Assembly (NCBI GenBank): GCA_015489595.1 | Contig: WFZK01000002.1 | Span: 1 to 51,874, forward strand | Length of the DNA: 51,874 bases | Source of the DNA: Candidatus Dojkabacteria bacterium | Lineage (GTDB): Bacteria > Patescibacteriota > Dojkabacteria > GCA-002793355 | Direction: 5' to 3' | Part shown: positions 27,709-38,260 of the stretch, in pieces | Layout of the letters: the number at the start of each line of letters is the position of its first letter | How positions within the stretch are numbered: position 1 is the first letter of the stretch | Made by a program: the position numbers and the translations under genes | Notes under the pieces: model-generated | Told to the model about the DNA's origin: nothing | Database searches by the model: none | The model's input: only the letters and a program-made list of their open reading frames with translations

Positions 27709-30700
27709 ATGGAAGATATTAAATCCTTAAAGTTTTTGCTAGCGTCGCCAGAGGATATTTTGGCCTGGTCTTATGGTGAGGTAGAGTTACCAGAGACGAT
27801 TAATTACCGTACTTTAAAGCCAGAACCTCGCGGATTAATGTGCGAGAGGATTTTTGGTCCTACGAAAGATTATGAATGTTACTGTGGTAAATACAAAAAG
27901 ATCAAGTACAAGGGAATCGTTTGTGATAAGTGTGGTGTAGAGGTAACTACCAGCAAGGTTAGACGTGAAAGAATGGGGCATATTAAATTAGCAGTCCCTG
28001 TAGTTCATATCTGGTATGCATATGGAGTACCTAATAAGCTCTCTATTTTGTTAGATATTCCTATCAAAAAGTTGGTCTCTGTGATTTACTACATTCAGTA
28101 TGTGGTTATAGGGGTAGATGAACAGAAGCGTCAAGAAGTCCTTAAAAAGATAGAGGAGATTAGAAACACAGAACTTAGCGCCATTGAGGATTCATATGCA
28201 GAAGATTTAAAGGCTGCAGAAGAAGAGTACTCAAAGCTTAAAGAGAAATTAGAGAGTGGCAAGCTTAAGGAGAGTGAGATGTTTAAGCTCGAGCGTGAAC
28301 TCGAGAAGGCTGCTGCACGACTCGCCTCTGTAAGGAGAAAGATAGCAGAAGATAAGGCGGAAGCAGAAGAGAGATTCAAGAAGCTTTTAGAGCTTACAAA
28401 TACGATCAAATATAAAGAGGTTTTAAGCGAGGACGATGTTAGGCTCTTTGATGAGTATGGGCTTCGGTTTTTTGACGTTGACATGGGAGCTCCTGCTATA
28501 AAGAAGCTACTTTCTGATCTAGATCTAGAGAAAATGCGCGATGAGCTGAGAAAACAATATAATTTGGCTCGAGGCGCAGCTGAGAGGAGAAATATTGAGA
28601 GGAAACTTAAGTACGTAGAGGGCTTTTTGAAAAACGGCACGCGTCCAGAATGGATGGTCCTTGAGGTATTGCCTGTGCTTCCTGCAGACTTAAGGCCGAT
28701 TATTGCGCTTCCGGGAGGTAGATTTGCCACTCATGATCTTAACGACCTTTACAGGAGGGTCATCAATAGGAACAACAGGTTAAAGGAGCTAATGGAAATT
28801 GGTGCTCCAGATATTATTCTCCGTAATGAGATGCGAATGCTTCAAGAGGCTGTTGATGCTTTAATAGACAATGAGCACAGATTTAATAGGCCAATTGTTG
28901 GGCGTACGGGAGTGCCGTACAAGTCCCTAACCCAGATGTTGCGTGGTAAAAAGGGTAGGTTTAGAAGAAACCTTTTGGGTAAAAGGGTAGATTATTCTGG
29001 CCGTGCTGTTATTGTACCTGATACGAGTCTTAAGCTATATCAATGCGGTTTGCCTAAAGATCTGGCTTTAGAGATCTTTAAACCATTCGTGATTCATAAG
29101 CTAATCGATAAGGGCCACGCTGTTACAATCAAAGATGCTCAGGAGCTAATTGAGCTAAAAGAAGATATTGTTTGGGATATTTTAGAAGAGATATTAAAAA
29201 CCAGGACAGTGCTTCTTAACCGCCCGCCTTCACTTCACAAGTACAGTATTCTTGCTTTTTATCCAGTCTTGGTAGAAGGTAGTGCCATTCGTATCAATCA
29301 GTTGGTAACACCAGGGTACAATGCAGACTTTGATGGTGACCAAATGGGAGTCTTCGCAGTGCTTACGGATGAAGCATTGGAGGAGACTAAAACTCGAATG
29401 CTTGCGCGTTATAACCTTATCAAGGTTGCGGATGGTTCCCCTATAGTATCGTTCGGTAGAGATTTAGTTATTGGGATTTATCATCTTACCTATATGCCTG
29501 ATAAGTACGATGAGAAGAAGCTTAAAGCGTTTGCTACTCCAGAAGAGGCTATCGCTGCGTACCATTTGGATAGGATTTCGCTTCAGCAGCCGATAGCTAC
29601 CATAGTCGATGGCAAGCGCGTCGTTACAACTGCAGGTAGGCTGATGTTAAACTCTTTATTGCCAGATGATTTTAGGTTTGTTAATGAGACTCTAGATAAG
29701 AAAAAGGCTAATGCTCTTTTAAGGGAGATCGTGTTAAATTACGATCCGATTACAGCTGAGAGGTTCCTAGATAATGTTAAGCTGTTAGCTTTCAATTATG
29801 CCACACTTTCGGGCTTTTCTGTGAGTGTCGATGATTTTATCGAATACACGAAGAAAGAAAAATATATAGAAGAGGGGAAGAAGAAAGCGTATGAGATCGA
29901 GCAGCAGTACCAGATGGGATTGATGACAAAGCAAGAAAGAGATGCCGCGATTATTAAGCTTTGGAGAGAGATTAAAGAGAAGATGTTCGAAGAAGTTTGG
30001 AATAAATTGCCGGATGATAATCCTCTAAAGCTTCAAGTGGTAAGCGGTGCTAACGGTAGTGAGGCTCAAGCTGGGCAGATCGTGGCGATGTTGGGTATTG
30101 TGCAGGATGTAAGGGGTAGGCCTGTGAAAGTACCGATTTTGCACAGCTATTCTGAGGGGCTTAACCCATTTGAGTACTTCTTGTCCAGCTATGGAGCTCG
30201 AAAGGGGATGTTGGACACAGCTCTTAATACAGCAAACAGCGGTTATTTCGCACGTAAGCTTGTGGATGTAGCCCAAGACGTAATAGTGCGAATAGAGGAT
30301 TGTGGTTATGATGGTCCAGGTATTAAGATTAGCAGGGACCAGAAGAGAAGTTTAGGGTTTGTAGAAAGAATTACAGGTCGATATGTCACAGCGGATGTTA
30401 AGGATCCTAAGACGGGTGAAGTGTTGGTCAAAAAAGGAGAGCTAATTGACGAGAAAAAGGCCGCAGAGCTTGACAAACGTGGAGTAGAAGAGGTTTGGGT
30501 ACGAACCCCAATGTATTGTAAGTCTCCTCTAGGGGTTTGCCAGAAGTGTTATGGTTATGACTTTGGAAAGTATCAGGTTGTTGGATTAGGTGAGCCGGTT
30601 GGTATATTGGCTGCGCAGTCTTTGTCGGAGCCAACCACCCAGATGACACTTCGAACCTTCCACGCTGGAGGTGTAAGTGCGGACATTACCTCAGGCCTTC

Positions 30701-31572
30701 CTATGTTGCTAGAGTATTTTGAGATGAGGACTCCTAAGAGACCTGCTATCTTGTCGCCTCTCACGGGGCAGGTCTTTGTAAAGGGTAGAAAGGTAAGGAT
30801 CGTAGGTACTAGAGAGGCAACTAGGACTTATGTGCTTGAGGATTCCTATACTGTGAAGGTAAAAAATGGTGATAAGGTCAAAAAAGGTGATGTACTATTT
30901 GAGATGCAAGAAGGTCAGGTAGTTAAGGCTCCTGCGGATGGGACTATTGAGCTTATGGGTAGGGTATTGAGATTAAAGGCAAAGGTGAAAGAAACAGTAA
31001 GTTTTGATATCCCTGATTACGCTGAGATTGTGGTAAAAGATGGCCAGAAAGTTTCTCCAGGAGATAGGATCACAGACGGAAGAATTGATCCTAAAGAATA
31101 TAATGAATACTTTGGTACTGAGGCGACTCAGCAGTTTTTGTTAGATCAGATTCAGGCCTTGTACCATGACTACGGAGTTGACGTACACGATGTGCACATT
31201 GAGGTTATTCTAAGACAGATGAGTAAGCTTGCTAAGATAATTGATCCTGGAGATACAGGCCTTATCAGAGGTACGTTCCTTAACAGGTTTTTGGCAGACG
31301 TTAGGAATCAACTTCTCGTCAAGGAAGGTAAGAAACCAATTGTGTATGTAAGTAGAATGCTTGGTATTACAGTAACAGCGATAAATGCCGAGAGTCCGCT
31401 TGCAGCTATGTCATTCCAGGAAGAGGTGCGAGTTTTATCTGAGGCAGCTATCTTAGGTCGGAAAGATTACTTGCGAGGCATTAAAGAGAACGTAATTGTG
31501 GGGCATTTGATACCAGTAGGTGAACGTGCTATAATCAGTGACGTTACTAAGCTAGACGAAATGCACGAATAA
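27709..31572 (+). CDS. rpoC: RNA polymerase beta' subunit
   Basis: Zn finger CYCGKY...[28 protein letters not shown]. Confidence 0.99.
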   Translation: MEDIKSLKFLLASPEDILAWSYGEVELPETINYRTLKPEPRGLMCERIFGPTKDYECYCGKYKKIKYKGIVCDKCGVEVTTSKVRRERMGHIKLAVPVVHIWYAYGVPNKLSILLDIPIKKLVSVIYYIQYVVIGVDEQKRQEVLKKIEEIRNTELSAIEDSYAEDLKAAEEEYSKLKEKLESGKLKESEMFKLERELEKAAARLASVRRKIAEDKAEAEERFKKLLELTNTIKYKEVLSEDDVRLFDEYGLRFFDVDMGAPAIKKLLSDLDLEKMRDELRKQYNLARGAAERRNIERKLKYVEGFLKNGTRPEWMVLEVLPVLPADLRPIIALPGGRFATHDLNDLYRRVINRNNRLKELMEIGAPDIILRNEMRMLQEAVDALIDNEHRFNRPIVGRTGVPYKSLTQMLRGKKGRFRRNLLGKRVDYSGRAVIVPDTSLKLYQCGLPKDLALEIFKPFVIHKLIDKGHAVTIKDAQELIELKEDIVWDILEEILKTRTVLLNRPPSLHKYSILAFYPVLVEGSAIRINQLVTPGYNADFDGDQMGVFAVLTDEALEETKTRMLARYNLIKVADGSPIVSFGRDLVIGIYHLTYMPDKYDEKKLKAFATPEEAIAAYHLDRISLQQPIATIVDGKRVVTTAGRLMLNSLLPDDFRFVNETLDKKKANALLREIVLNYDPITAERFLDNVKLLAFNYATLSGFSVSVDDFIEYTKKEKYIEEGKKKAYEIEQQYQMGLMTKQERDAAIIKLWREIKEKMFEEVWNKLPDDNPLKLQVVSGANGSEAQAGQIVAMLGIVQDVRGRPVKVPILHSYSEGLNPFEYFLSSYGARKGMLDTALNTANSGYFARKLVDVAQDVIVRIEDCGYDGPGIKISRDQKRSLGFVERITGRYVTADVKDPKTGEVLVKKGELIDEKKAAELDKRGVEEVWVRTPMYCKSPLGVCQKCYGYDFGKYQVVGLGEPVGILAAQSLSEPTTQMTLRTFHAGGVSADITSGLPMLLEYFEMRTPKRPAILSPLTGQVFVKGRKVRIVGTREATRTYVLEDSYTVKVKNGDKVKKGDVLFEMQEGQVVKAPADGTIELMGRVLRLKAKVKETVSFDIPDYAEIVVKDGQKVSPGDRITDGRIDPKEYNEYFGTEATQQFLLDQIQALYHDYGVDVHDVHIEVILRQMSKLAKIIDPGDTGLIRGTFLNRFLADVRNQLLVKEGKKPIVYVSRMLGITVTAINAESPLAAMSFQEEVRVLSEAAILGRKDYLRGIKENVIVGHLIPVGERAIISDVTKLDEMHE
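31507..31535 (+). promoter_or_regulatory. Internal sigma-70 promoter for rpsL within rpoC 3' end
   Basis: TTGATA, 17-nt spacer, TGC-TATAAT. Confidence 0.7.
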
Positions 31573-31988
31573 TGCCGACTATATCGCAGTTAATTCGAAA
31601 GGGGAGAAAACCCAAGAGAGAAAGAAAGCCAAGGCGTCCAGCGTTGGCTTTTGCATTTAATAAGCTTAAAAATAAGCCTACTTATTACTACTCACCGTTT
31701 AAGAAGGGCGTTTGTACTAAGGTCTACATAATGACCCCTAAGAAACCGAACTCTGCGCAGAGAAAAGTTGCAAAGGTTAGGCTCTCAAATGGTGCACATA
31801 TTATTGCATATATTCCAGGTGAGCAGCATAACTTGCAGGAGCACTCAGTGGTGTTAGTTCGTGGTGGTAGGAGAAGAGACCTGCCGGGTGTGAAGTATAC
31901 AATTGTAAGGGGTGTTTACGACGCCGCTGGTGTTCCTGGAAGAAAGAGAGCTAGATCTAAGTATGGTGTTAAGAAAGAAGAGGAATAA
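31572..31988 (+). CDS. rpsL: 30S ribosomal protein S12
   Basis: [29 protein letters not shown]. Confidence 0.99.
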   Translation: MPTISQLIRKGRKPKRERKPRRPALAFAFNKLKNKPTYYYSPFKKGVCTKVYIMTPKKPNSAQRKVAKVRLSNGAHIIAYIPGEQHNLQEHSVVLVRGGRRRDLPGVKYTIVRGVYDAAGVPGRKRARSKYGVKKEEE

Positions 31989-32005
31989 TATAGAGATTTA
32001 AAGTC

Positions 32006-32476
32006 ATGAGAGGTAAGCGAGCACCTGTAAGGAAATTGCCGCCTGATCCTGTTTATAATTCGCCTATTGTTACGAAGCTTATTAATTTCGTAATGAAAGA
32101 TGGTAAAAAATCTATTGCTCAAAAGCTTGTTTACAGCGCATTAGAAAAGGCTGCAAAATTGGTTAATAATAAAGATGCCTTAGAAGTGCTAACTACGGCT
32201 CTAGAGAATATAAGGCCTCAAGTGGAGGTAAGACCTCGGAGAGTTGGTGGGGCAAATTATCAGGTGCCGGTTCCGGTAGATGAGCGCAGAGGGTTGACTT
32301 TGGCTGTAAGATGGCTCGTTGCTGTTTGTCGTGAAAAGCAAGGAAAGCCTTTTGATGAGTTTTTAGCAGAAGAGATTGCAGCGGCCTATAAAGGTGAGGG
32401 GGATGCGGTCAAGAAGAAAGAGATGGTTGAGCGGATGGCTGAAGCTAATAAGGCTTTTGCTCAGTTTAGATTCTAG
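32006..32476 (+). CDS. rpsG: 30S ribosomal protein S7
   Basis: PDP.YNS, DGKKS, RRVGGANYQVP, MAEANKAFA. Confidence 0.99.
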   Translation: MRGKRAPVRKLPPDPVYNSPIVTKLINFVMKDGKKSIAQKLVYSALEKAAKLVNNKDALEVLTTALENIRPQVEVRPRRVGGANYQVPVPVDERRGLTLAVRWLVAVCREKQGKPFDEFLAEEIAAAYKGEGDAVKKKEMVERMAEANKAFAQFRF

Positions 32477-32479
32477 TTT

Positions 32480-33193
32480 ATGGTTAAGCTTAAGGTAAGT
32501 AAACGCACACTTTTAGGCAAAAAGACTAAAAGGCTGCGTCGGCAAGGGATTGTTCCTGGTGCTATTGCGCGTTATAAAAAAACTACGATCCCTGTACAGA
32601 TCGAAGAGAAAGAGCTGTTGCCCTTGGTTAGACTTAATCAGGTAGAGAAGATTCAGGTAGAAGTTGAGGGTGAAAAAGAGCCTATAGAAGCAGTTGTTAC
32701 GGAGATTGTTGTAAATCCATTGAATAACAAGATAGAAAGTTTTTTGCTTACAGAAGTAACGCCGAAGTCTCATGTTATAGTACATGTGCCGATTAGAACA
32801 AAAGGGGAATCCCCAGCAGTAAAGAACAATATCGGTGTGTTGGTTTTCAGCTCACATTACGTAAGGCTGGTGGTAAACAGCGAGAATATAGTGCCCTATA
32901 TTGAGGTTGATATCTCTGGTTTAGATCAAGTAGGCCAAAGGATCCTAATAGGCGATCTCGAGTTGCCAGAAGGAGTAAAACTGGCCAGTGCTAAGGATGC
33001 TCAACTTACGGTGCTTACTATAAGACCTCCTCAGAAGACACTTGCTGAAGAGAAGGCTGAAGAAGAGGAAGCAGCTGCTGAGGCTGAGGAGGTTGAGGAA
33101 GGTGAGGCTGCTGAGACCACTGTCGAAGGTGAGACAGCCGAGGGCGTAGAGAAGACTGAGGAAGGCGCTGAAGATTCTGCTCAAGAGGGTTAG
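32480..33193 (+). CDS. rplY: 50S ribosomal protein L25/Ctc form with acidic tail
   Basis: R..GK..KRLRRQG.VPG, VP....GESPAVK..GVL, I.VDIS.L..G..I...DL.LP; Glu/Ala-rich tail. Confidence 0.9.
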   Translation: MVKLKVSKRTLLGKKTKRLRRQGIVPGAIARYKKTTIPVQIEEKELLPLVRLNQVEKIQVEVEGEKEPIEAVVTEIVVNPLNNKIESFLLTEVTPKSHVIVHVPIRTKGESPAVKNNIGVLVFSSHYVRLVVNSENIVPYIEVDISGLDQVGQRILIGDLELPEGVKLASAKDAQLTVLTIRPPQKTLAEEKAEEEEAAAEAEEVEEGEAAETTVEGETAEGVEKTEEGAEDSAQEG

Positions 33194-33196
33194 GCT

Positions 33197-34324
33197 ATGC
33201 TCTATTATATCCGCTATTCTGAGGTTGGTTTAAAGGGTAAGCAGGTAAAAAGGTTTGAGAATATTCTTCGGGAGAATTTGTTGACCCAGTTGCCAAAAGA
33301 GATATCTCCCAGGATAGAGTTTAAACAGAAGCGGGGATTTCTTTATGTTGACGCTGATAATTTTAAGGCGGTAGAAGAGGTTTTATCCCGTACCTTTGGG
33401 GTGGCTTGGTATGGTCCAGTAGAGGAGTTTAAATTTAAGAACGTCGACGATATTTTAAAGCACATTGAGCCTTTTAGAAGTTTCTCTGTAGATATTAAGC
33501 GCTATGATAAATCTTTACCTTTTACTTCTCTAGATCTTTTTCATAGGATCTCTGCCAAATTTGCGGGGAGGGTTAGTAAAGAGGCAGAGATCAAGATTAA
33601 GATCTTTTTATATTCTGCGAATGTAGCTCATATTGTAGTTTACAAACCCGGTCCTGGAGGTTTACCGGTTGGCAGCAGCGGTCGGGGTATTGTTTTATTT
33701 TCAGGTGGCATAGACAGTCCGGTGGCCGCTTATCTTTTGGCCAAGAGAGGAATAAGATTGGATTTGCTACATTTTCATAAGCCCGGAGTTGACATTGACA
33801 AGATTAAAAGATTGGCTAAGATTTTGTCAGGGTATATACCTGGTTTGCGGTTGTTTTCGGCAAGTACAAGATATTTTAGAGAGGCAGTAATAGAGAAAGA
33901 GTTTGCATATAAGTTACAGGTTTTCAGAAGATTTATGATACTCGTGGCTTCTAAGCTAGGATGGCGAAAGTTTAGAAAGTCATTTGTGATCGGCACAGGT
34001 GATAGTTTAGGGCAGGTTGCATCTCAGACACTCTCTAATCTGGTTGGAGTCACATCGGTTTTGTGTGATTATGGCATCAATAATGTGTTTATCGCTAGGC
34101 CCTTAGTTGGCTTGGATAAAGTGGAGATTATAGATCTAGCTAAGAAAATAGGAACGTATAGGATAAGTCTTGAACAATACCCAGACTGCTGTGCTAATGT
34201 AGCTGCTTTTGGCGTAAAAACGGTGAGCAATACTCAAAAGATTAGGGAATTTGAAGCACAGATTGATCTAGAGCAGCTTGCAAACTCTACCGTCGAGGAG
34301 ATAAAGCAGGTACAATATACGTAA
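33197..34324 (+). CDS. thiI: tRNA 4-thiouridine synthase ThiI (THUMP + PP-loop, no rhodanese domain)
   Basis: IRYSE.GLKG, GGLPVGS.G, SGGIDSPVA, TGDSLGQVASQT, RPL.G.DK.EI, DCC. Confidence 0.93.
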   Translation: MLYYIRYSEVGLKGKQVKRFENILRENLLTQLPKEISPRIEFKQKRGFLYVDADNFKAVEEVLSRTFGVAWYGPVEEFKFKNVDDILKHIEPFRSFSVDIKRYDKSLPFTSLDLFHRISAKFAGRVSKEAEIKIKIFLYSANVAHIVVYKPGPGGLPVGSSGRGIVLFSGGIDSPVAAYLLAKRGIRLDLLHFHKPGVDIDKIKRLAKILSGYIPGLRLFSASTRYFREAVIEKEFAYKLQVFRRFMILVASKLGWRKFRKSFVIGTGDSLGQVASQTLSNLVGVTSVLCDYGINNVFIARPLVGLDKVEIIDLAKKIGTYRISLEQYPDCCANVAAFGVKTVSNTQKIREFEAQIDLEQLANSTVEEIKQVQYT

Positions 34325-34719
34325 TGTTTTGGAAGAGAAAGAAAGCTCACGATTTTGGTAGATTTTATAAGCAGATTTTGCAGCTTAAGATTAAGCTAAA
34401 AAGAGGTGAAAAGAGCTTAGACTTTTATTCTCTGCGGGAGTTGTTTATTTCTATCGACGGTTTGATGTTTCATATCTTTACGGCTTTAGGTGTAAGCGCT
34501 GAATCTGTTTCGGCCCAAATAAAAGCGGCTGTTGAGAAGGGAATTTTATCGCGGCATGCATATGCTGTGCTTGATAAATTTCATCAAGTACGTAATAAGG
34601 TCGCTTACGAGGACTATGTGCCAGATAAAGGAGAGATCGATTTAGGGTTTAGGGCCTTAGATGCTTTAGCTGAGCTAATTCAGCCTAGGGTACATAAAGG
34701 GTTGGTGAAGGGCAAGTAG
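34324..34719 (+). CDS. HEPN/DUF4145-like protein
   Basis: Helical 131 aa with RNKVAY, a variant of the HEPN R-x4-H motif. Confidence 0.55.
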   Translation: MFWKRKKAHDFGRFYKQILQLKIKLKRGEKSLDFYSLRELFISIDGLMFHIFTALGVSAESVSAQIKAAVEKGILSRHAYAVLDKFHQVRNKVAYEDYVPDKGEIDLGFRALDALAELIQPRVHKGLVKGK

Positions 34720-34908
34720 AGTGGGCTATGACTCTTTCAGGGGGTTCACCTTAGGAAATGGCTGAGTTTCCCTGAAGGTGCTTTGGGATTGTGGTCTGTC
34801 TCTACTTCTATTTATGCAGTGCTGGTAGGCTTTTAAGGGAGTGGATGGAAACGATTCTTCTTTTCCTCTGATATTTTGCTGGCCGTTTTTTATGAAGTAT
34901 AATAAACT

Positions 34909-36837
34909 GTGAAGGTCACCAAAGTTTTAATCTTTATTCTGCTGTGGATAGGATTACTCTTTTTTAGCCCTTCAATAAAGGCTGGTATAGAAGATGACGT
35001 AAAAGATGCGGTATCCCAGGCTCAACTTAAGCTGGCTTCTGAGCCTTCCCGTGTTTCCCTCCAAAAACCTGTCTATCATGCTTTCGTAGGTAGACTTTCA
35101 GCACAAGAGAACGCAATGCATGTTACAGAGATAATAGCGGTAGTGAATACCTCGAGAAATCACGGCGTGTTTATAGCCTTGCCGCTTAGTGCCTATCTCT
35201 CAGATAAAAAAACATTCCATGTTGTTGATGTAAAAGTAGATAAAGCTTTAAAGTATGATGGTCAGAGGCCAGTAGAAGCTCCGTTTTTTACACAGATTGA
35301 GCCTGTTGGTAGGTATGGTGAGAAGGCGTTTTTTATCTTTGTGGGGGATAAAAACAAAACCGATCCTGGCAAGCATACCTATGTAATTTCATATACTGTT
35401 TATAATGTATCTGAGACTGTAGGTAACGTAGATGTGGTGGCATATGACTTGGCTCGGGTTAGAAAGGGTAGCTTTATTTATCCTTCAGAGTTTTATGTTG
35501 TGTATGTTCCTAAGAGTTTGAGAGAATTTCATATATATCTTGATGAGTTCGAATATAATGAGCATGTGGTCAAACAAGATGTCGGGACAGAGGTTAGGAT
35601 AGACTTCCCAATAAAAGGCGGAACTTACGATGTACTTACATTTTCAGGGAAATTCCCTGCCGGCACCTTTGCTGTCACGGATAAGATCAAAAAGCTACGG
35701 AGCCAAGGAGATACTATGATTCGGAATATTAAGCTAGGGAAGGCTTTGAGAAAATTGGTATTGTGGGGCTCGCTGGCCTATGCAGCCTGGCTTATCTTTT
35801 CTATCTATAGCTTTTATCAGAAATATGGCAAAGAGCGCTTCACAAAGGCTTTCCCTCCTGTTTATGTGCTTAGTAAAAAGTTGAGATCTATAAGTCCAGC
35901 CTTGGCGTCCTTTATTTTTTATTATGAAAATAATCTTAAACTTCAGCGTGTTTTAACTTCTCAAATCTTAGAATGGGCTGTCTCTAAGGTTTTAGTTATT
36001 AATAAAGAGCCAAAGCAACCTACCCAACTTACGCTTCTTAAAAGGCTTGAGAGCTTTAGAGATAAAGCAGAGGAGCTTGTGTTTAATCTGTTTTTCAAAG
36101 ATAAGGATACCTTTACGGTGGCTCCTTCTTCTTTTACCAGGGGAGAACTCCTGTCGATGATTGGAGGGATTCGTCGGGAGTTTAAAGAGCGTTTCTTGGA
36201 GCATTCAGGAGATAGTGAAAGGAAAAAACTCACAGTTACTGTTTTTCTGATAGCTTTTGTTGGTCTTGTGGGGCTGTTTTTCGCCTATCCTGTCTTTGAG
36301 TTAGCCGGAGGAGTTTTAGCCCAGGTGGCAAATGGCAATGAGCTGTTTTTAGCGAGTCTTACTCTGATGGTCCCTGGGGTAGTTTGGCTTATTTTCTCTA
36401 GATACATGGGTAGACTAAATCAGGAGGGAATTGATCTGTACAGAGAGCTTCATGGTCTCTATCGATATATTAAGGCTGCAGAGGTTAAGCGGATAAAGTT
36501 TTTTAATGATCCTGACAAGTTGGTAAAACATTTTGAAGAGCTTTTACCCTATGCTGCGATGTTTGGGTTGTTTGATAAATGGGTAAAAGTATTTAAAGAT
36601 ATCTTTAAGCTAAAGAATATTGATTATCAGGCATACTGGTTAAGGGGTCAGACCTTAGGCAGTGTAGAAGCAGCGACTGATGCTATAGATTCTGTGTATG
36701 AAAGCGTAGATTCTGCGATCTCTAAAACCGTGGAGTCAATGGTAAAAGAAAGCGGAAGCTTCTCTTCAGGAGGCGTCTCAAGTTCTGGCGGCTCAGGAGG
36801 AGGTTTCAGCGGTGGCAGCAGCAGCGGCGGGTGGTAG
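34909..36837 (+). CDS. DUF2207-family membrane protein
   Basis: Signal peptide, VTE.I, Y.ISY.V, TMs, FE.LLPYA..FG...W, Gly/Ser tail ending GGW. Confidence 0.88.
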   Translation: MKVTKVLIFILLWIGLLFFSPSIKAGIEDDVKDAVSQAQLKLASEPSRVSLQKPVYHAFVGRLSAQENAMHVTEIIAVVNTSRNHGVFIALPLSAYLSDKKTFHVVDVKVDKALKYDGQRPVEAPFFTQIEPVGRYGEKAFFIFVGDKNKTDPGKHTYVISYTVYNVSETVGNVDVVAYDLARVRKGSFIYPSEFYVVYVPKSLREFHIYLDEFEYNEHVVKQDVGTEVRIDFPIKGGTYDVLTFSGKFPAGTFAVTDKIKKLRSQGDTMIRNIKLGKALRKLVLWGSLAYAAWLIFSIYSFYQKYGKERFTKAFPPVYVLSKKLRSISPALASFIFYYENNLKLQRVLTSQILEWAVSKVLVINKEPKQPTQLTLLKRLESFRDKAEELVFNLFFKDKDTFTVAPSSFTRGELLSMIGGIRREFKERFLEHSGDSERKKLTVTVFLIAFVGLVGLFFAYPVFELAGGVLAQVANGNELFLASLTLMVPGVVWLIFSRYMGRLNQEGIDLYRELHGLYRYIKAAEVKRIKFFNDPDKLVKHFEELLPYAAMFGLFDKWVKVFKDIFKLKNIDYQAYWLRGQTLGSVEAATDAIDSVYESVDSAISKTVESMVKESGSFSSGGVSSSGGSGGGFSGGSSSGGW

Positions 36838-36847
36838 TATAATAAAT

Positions 36848-37372
36848 ATGCAAGAGATAAGGGATCTTTTAGAGCTTCCTTCACCCATTTTCCATATTAT
36901 TTTTGATCTTAGTAAGGTCATAGTTCCAGTTAAGTTGAAGCAACAGATGCTAGAAGCTGAGACTGGGGGGAGTACAGGTTTTAAACCACCGCCCTGGTAT
37001 CTTAACTTAATCTCTTCACTTAAAACTAGATTTACCTTTGGGATTTTGTCTAATACTTCAGTTCCAGATCTTTATCTTAAATATCTTAAACTAGATAAAT
37101 ATTTCAGTCCTAGGATCTTTACCCTCTGGGAAGCCCCACCTAAGCCACATCCGGATGCATTCAGAAAATATCTAGAGAAGGTAAAGATGCCAGTCGAAAA
37201 TATTGCCATGATTGACGATAAACCACACAACCTGGTTGTGGCTAAAAGTTTTGGAATCTATACAGTTTGGGCAAGACTCCCAGAACAAAAGGATCCTGAT
37301 ATTGTTCATCAACCACTCCTTGATGCCTGGATTGAGTGGCATGCTTATTTGGACAGGCTAACAGAGAGGTAG
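36848..37372 (+). CDS. HAD-superfamily hydrolase-like protein
   Basis: IIFDL..V, ILSN, KP.P..F, IDD...N...A...G; motif I reads DLS rather than DxD. Confidence 0.75.
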   Translation: MQEIRDLLELPSPIFHIIFDLSKVIVPVKLKQQMLEAETGGSTGFKPPPWYLNLISSLKTRFTFGILSNTSVPDLYLKYLKLDKYFSPRIFTLWEAPPKPHPDAFRKYLEKVKMPVENIAMIDDKPHNLVVAKSFGIYTVWARLPEQKDPDIVHQPLLDAWIEWHAYLDRLTER

Positions 37373-37405
37373 AGAACGGCTAAATTCTGTTCGCGGGGAA
37401 TGCCT

Positions 37406-38128
37406 CTAAGTAAAGTTCGTTTTGGTTAACTCTATTAGGGCATTTATGTCTCCTTTGTTTTTAAAAATTAGGTTACCAACTTTTTGTAAGAATGGGCGAA
37501 GTTGTGGATAAAAATTCGCATCTGAGTATGAGATTTTATTTTCTGGCCAGAGTCTCGTCACCACTATTCGGTCTATATAAGAAAGATTGAATGCAATTGC
37601 TTCAGTTAAGGCCCATCGCTGTTGATCACTTAGCTTAGCTTTAAGCTTGTTTAGATACGCATGAATATAAGATTCTATAAATTCGATCGCGAAAATAGGT
37701 AACCCTTTTGGTTTAGCATGCTTGTACCAAACGGAAAACACGCACCCTTCCCATGCGCTTGTAGAGAAAAATCCGCTAATGACGCATACAAAAGGAAACG
37801 GATTGAAGGAGTAATGGATGGCAAGTAGGGTGTTAACCCTGGAGACTAGAAATTTTAAACGTTCGGGAGTGTAGAATATTTTGAAAAACTTAAGGGCAGA
37901 AGAAAGTTCTCTTCTGTGAGCCTTGTGGAATTTTTCTACAAAACTATAAATTAAATCCCATTTCTCTTCGTTTGACTTGATGGATCTAAATTTGCGAATA
38001 AGAGAGTAGGGTATATTGCGGCCCTTTAGCCTTTTTTCTTCATCGGCCGGGTCATGAGGAAGTTGCTCTATAATATTCCACAATATGTTAGCATCGCTTG
38101 TGCAGGAGGTTGTAAAACGTACCAGCAT
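37406..38128 (-). CDS. Hypothetical protein
   Basis: 240-aa ORF with no clear family. Confidence 0.65.
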   Translation of the reverse strand: MLVRFTTSCTSDANILWNIIEQLPHDPADEEKRLKGRNIPYSLIRKFRSIKSNEEKWDLIYSFVEKFHKAHRRELSSALKFFKIFYTPERLKFLVSRVNTLLAIHYSFNPFPFVCVISGFFSTSAWEGCVFSVWYKHAKPKGLPIFAIEFIESYIHAYLNKLKAKLSDQQRWALTEAIAFNLSYIDRIVVTRLWPENKISYSDANFYPQLRPFLQKVGNLIFKNKGDINALIELTKTNFT

Positions 38129-38260
38129 ACTGCTATAGTATTCTATACGATTTTTAAGGTTTTGTGGTTTAAGGAGTGGTGGTATAAGTTTAGGGTGGGG
38201 GATCGCTGTTTGTTAGATAGGGGGAGAAGGCAGGAGTCTGTTTGAGAGCTTGGTGAGATT

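Noticed and set aside
36750-36837. Low-complexity GGC/AGC repeats; also Glu-rich repeats at ~33045-33190
   Set aside because: Explained by the normal Gly/Ser tail of DUF2207 proteins and the acidic tail of L25/Ctc.
37406-38128. Zinc metallopeptidase call from IEFIESYIH...E
   Set aside because: No intact HExxH motif; left as hypothetical.
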